The position numbers and the translations under genes are program-made. The notes below the pieces were generated by a model. It saw only the letters and a program-made list of their open reading frames with translations. It searched no databases and was not told the origin of the DNA. Positions 63,760 through 64,000 of a stretch of 64,000 nt of DNA are shown piece by piece (the first letter of the stretch is position 1; the number at the start of each line of letters is the position of its first letter). The stretch spans positions 4,588,001 to 4,652,000 of the forward strand of contig CATNEN010000002.1 of the NCBI GenBank assembly GCA_950097015.1, read 5' to 3'. The stretch comes from Macrostomum hystrix. Its lineage: Eukaryota; Animalia; Platyhelminthes.

Positions 63760-64000
63760 GGTTGAGTCGTTAGCGAAGCGTTTGTCATTTAAACAACGCT
63801 GTTAGCGAAGCGTTTGAGTCGTTAGCGAAGCGTTTTAGTCGTTTGAGAAGTCTCTTAACTCAAACGCTTTGCTAACGACTCAAACGCTTCGCTAACGACT
63901 CAAACGCTTCTCAAACGACTCAAACGCTTCTCTAACGACTCAAACGCTTCTCAAACGACTCAAACGCTTCGCTTATGACTCAAACGCTTCGCTTATGACT
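63760..64000. repeat. 20-bp minisatellite (CTCAAACGCTTCGCTAACGA)n in a POLN intron, partly in both orientations
   Basis: Units read GAGTCGTTAGCGAAGCG before ~63845 and CTCAAACGCTTC after. Confidence 0.85.

Overview
Eukaryotic, intron-rich animal genomic DNA, not prokaryotic. The compact GT-AG exons, minisatellite-filled introns, TTAGGG repeat and a sequence resembling the Macrostomum spliced leader suggest a free-living flatworm such as Macrostomum lignano (inference). I rebuilt exon chains by hand and checked splice phases. Minus strand: REV1 (3' end runs off the window), TOMM40, a putative secreted EGF/FN3 protein, its paralogous receptor-type PTP with degenerate catalytic motifs, a CUB-like/LDLa/TM protein, STPG4-like, two tandem PAN + F-type lectin genes, and the 3' end of DNA polymerase nu. 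Plus strand: cullin-1 (7 exons). Most long ORFs in the track are artefacts of intronic tandem repeats. The most notable items are: (1) a Ty3/gypsy-derived 1.55-kb element with INVERTED LTRs, a tRNA-Leu PBS and a 4-bp target-site duplication; (2) a spliced-leader-like 47-mer about 30 bp downstream of a TATA-like box, inside an LTR-like insert; (3) a pseudophosphatase receptor beside a truncated ectodomain-only paralogue with mosaic exons; (4) a (CCCTAA)n scar joining fragments of two different local genes.
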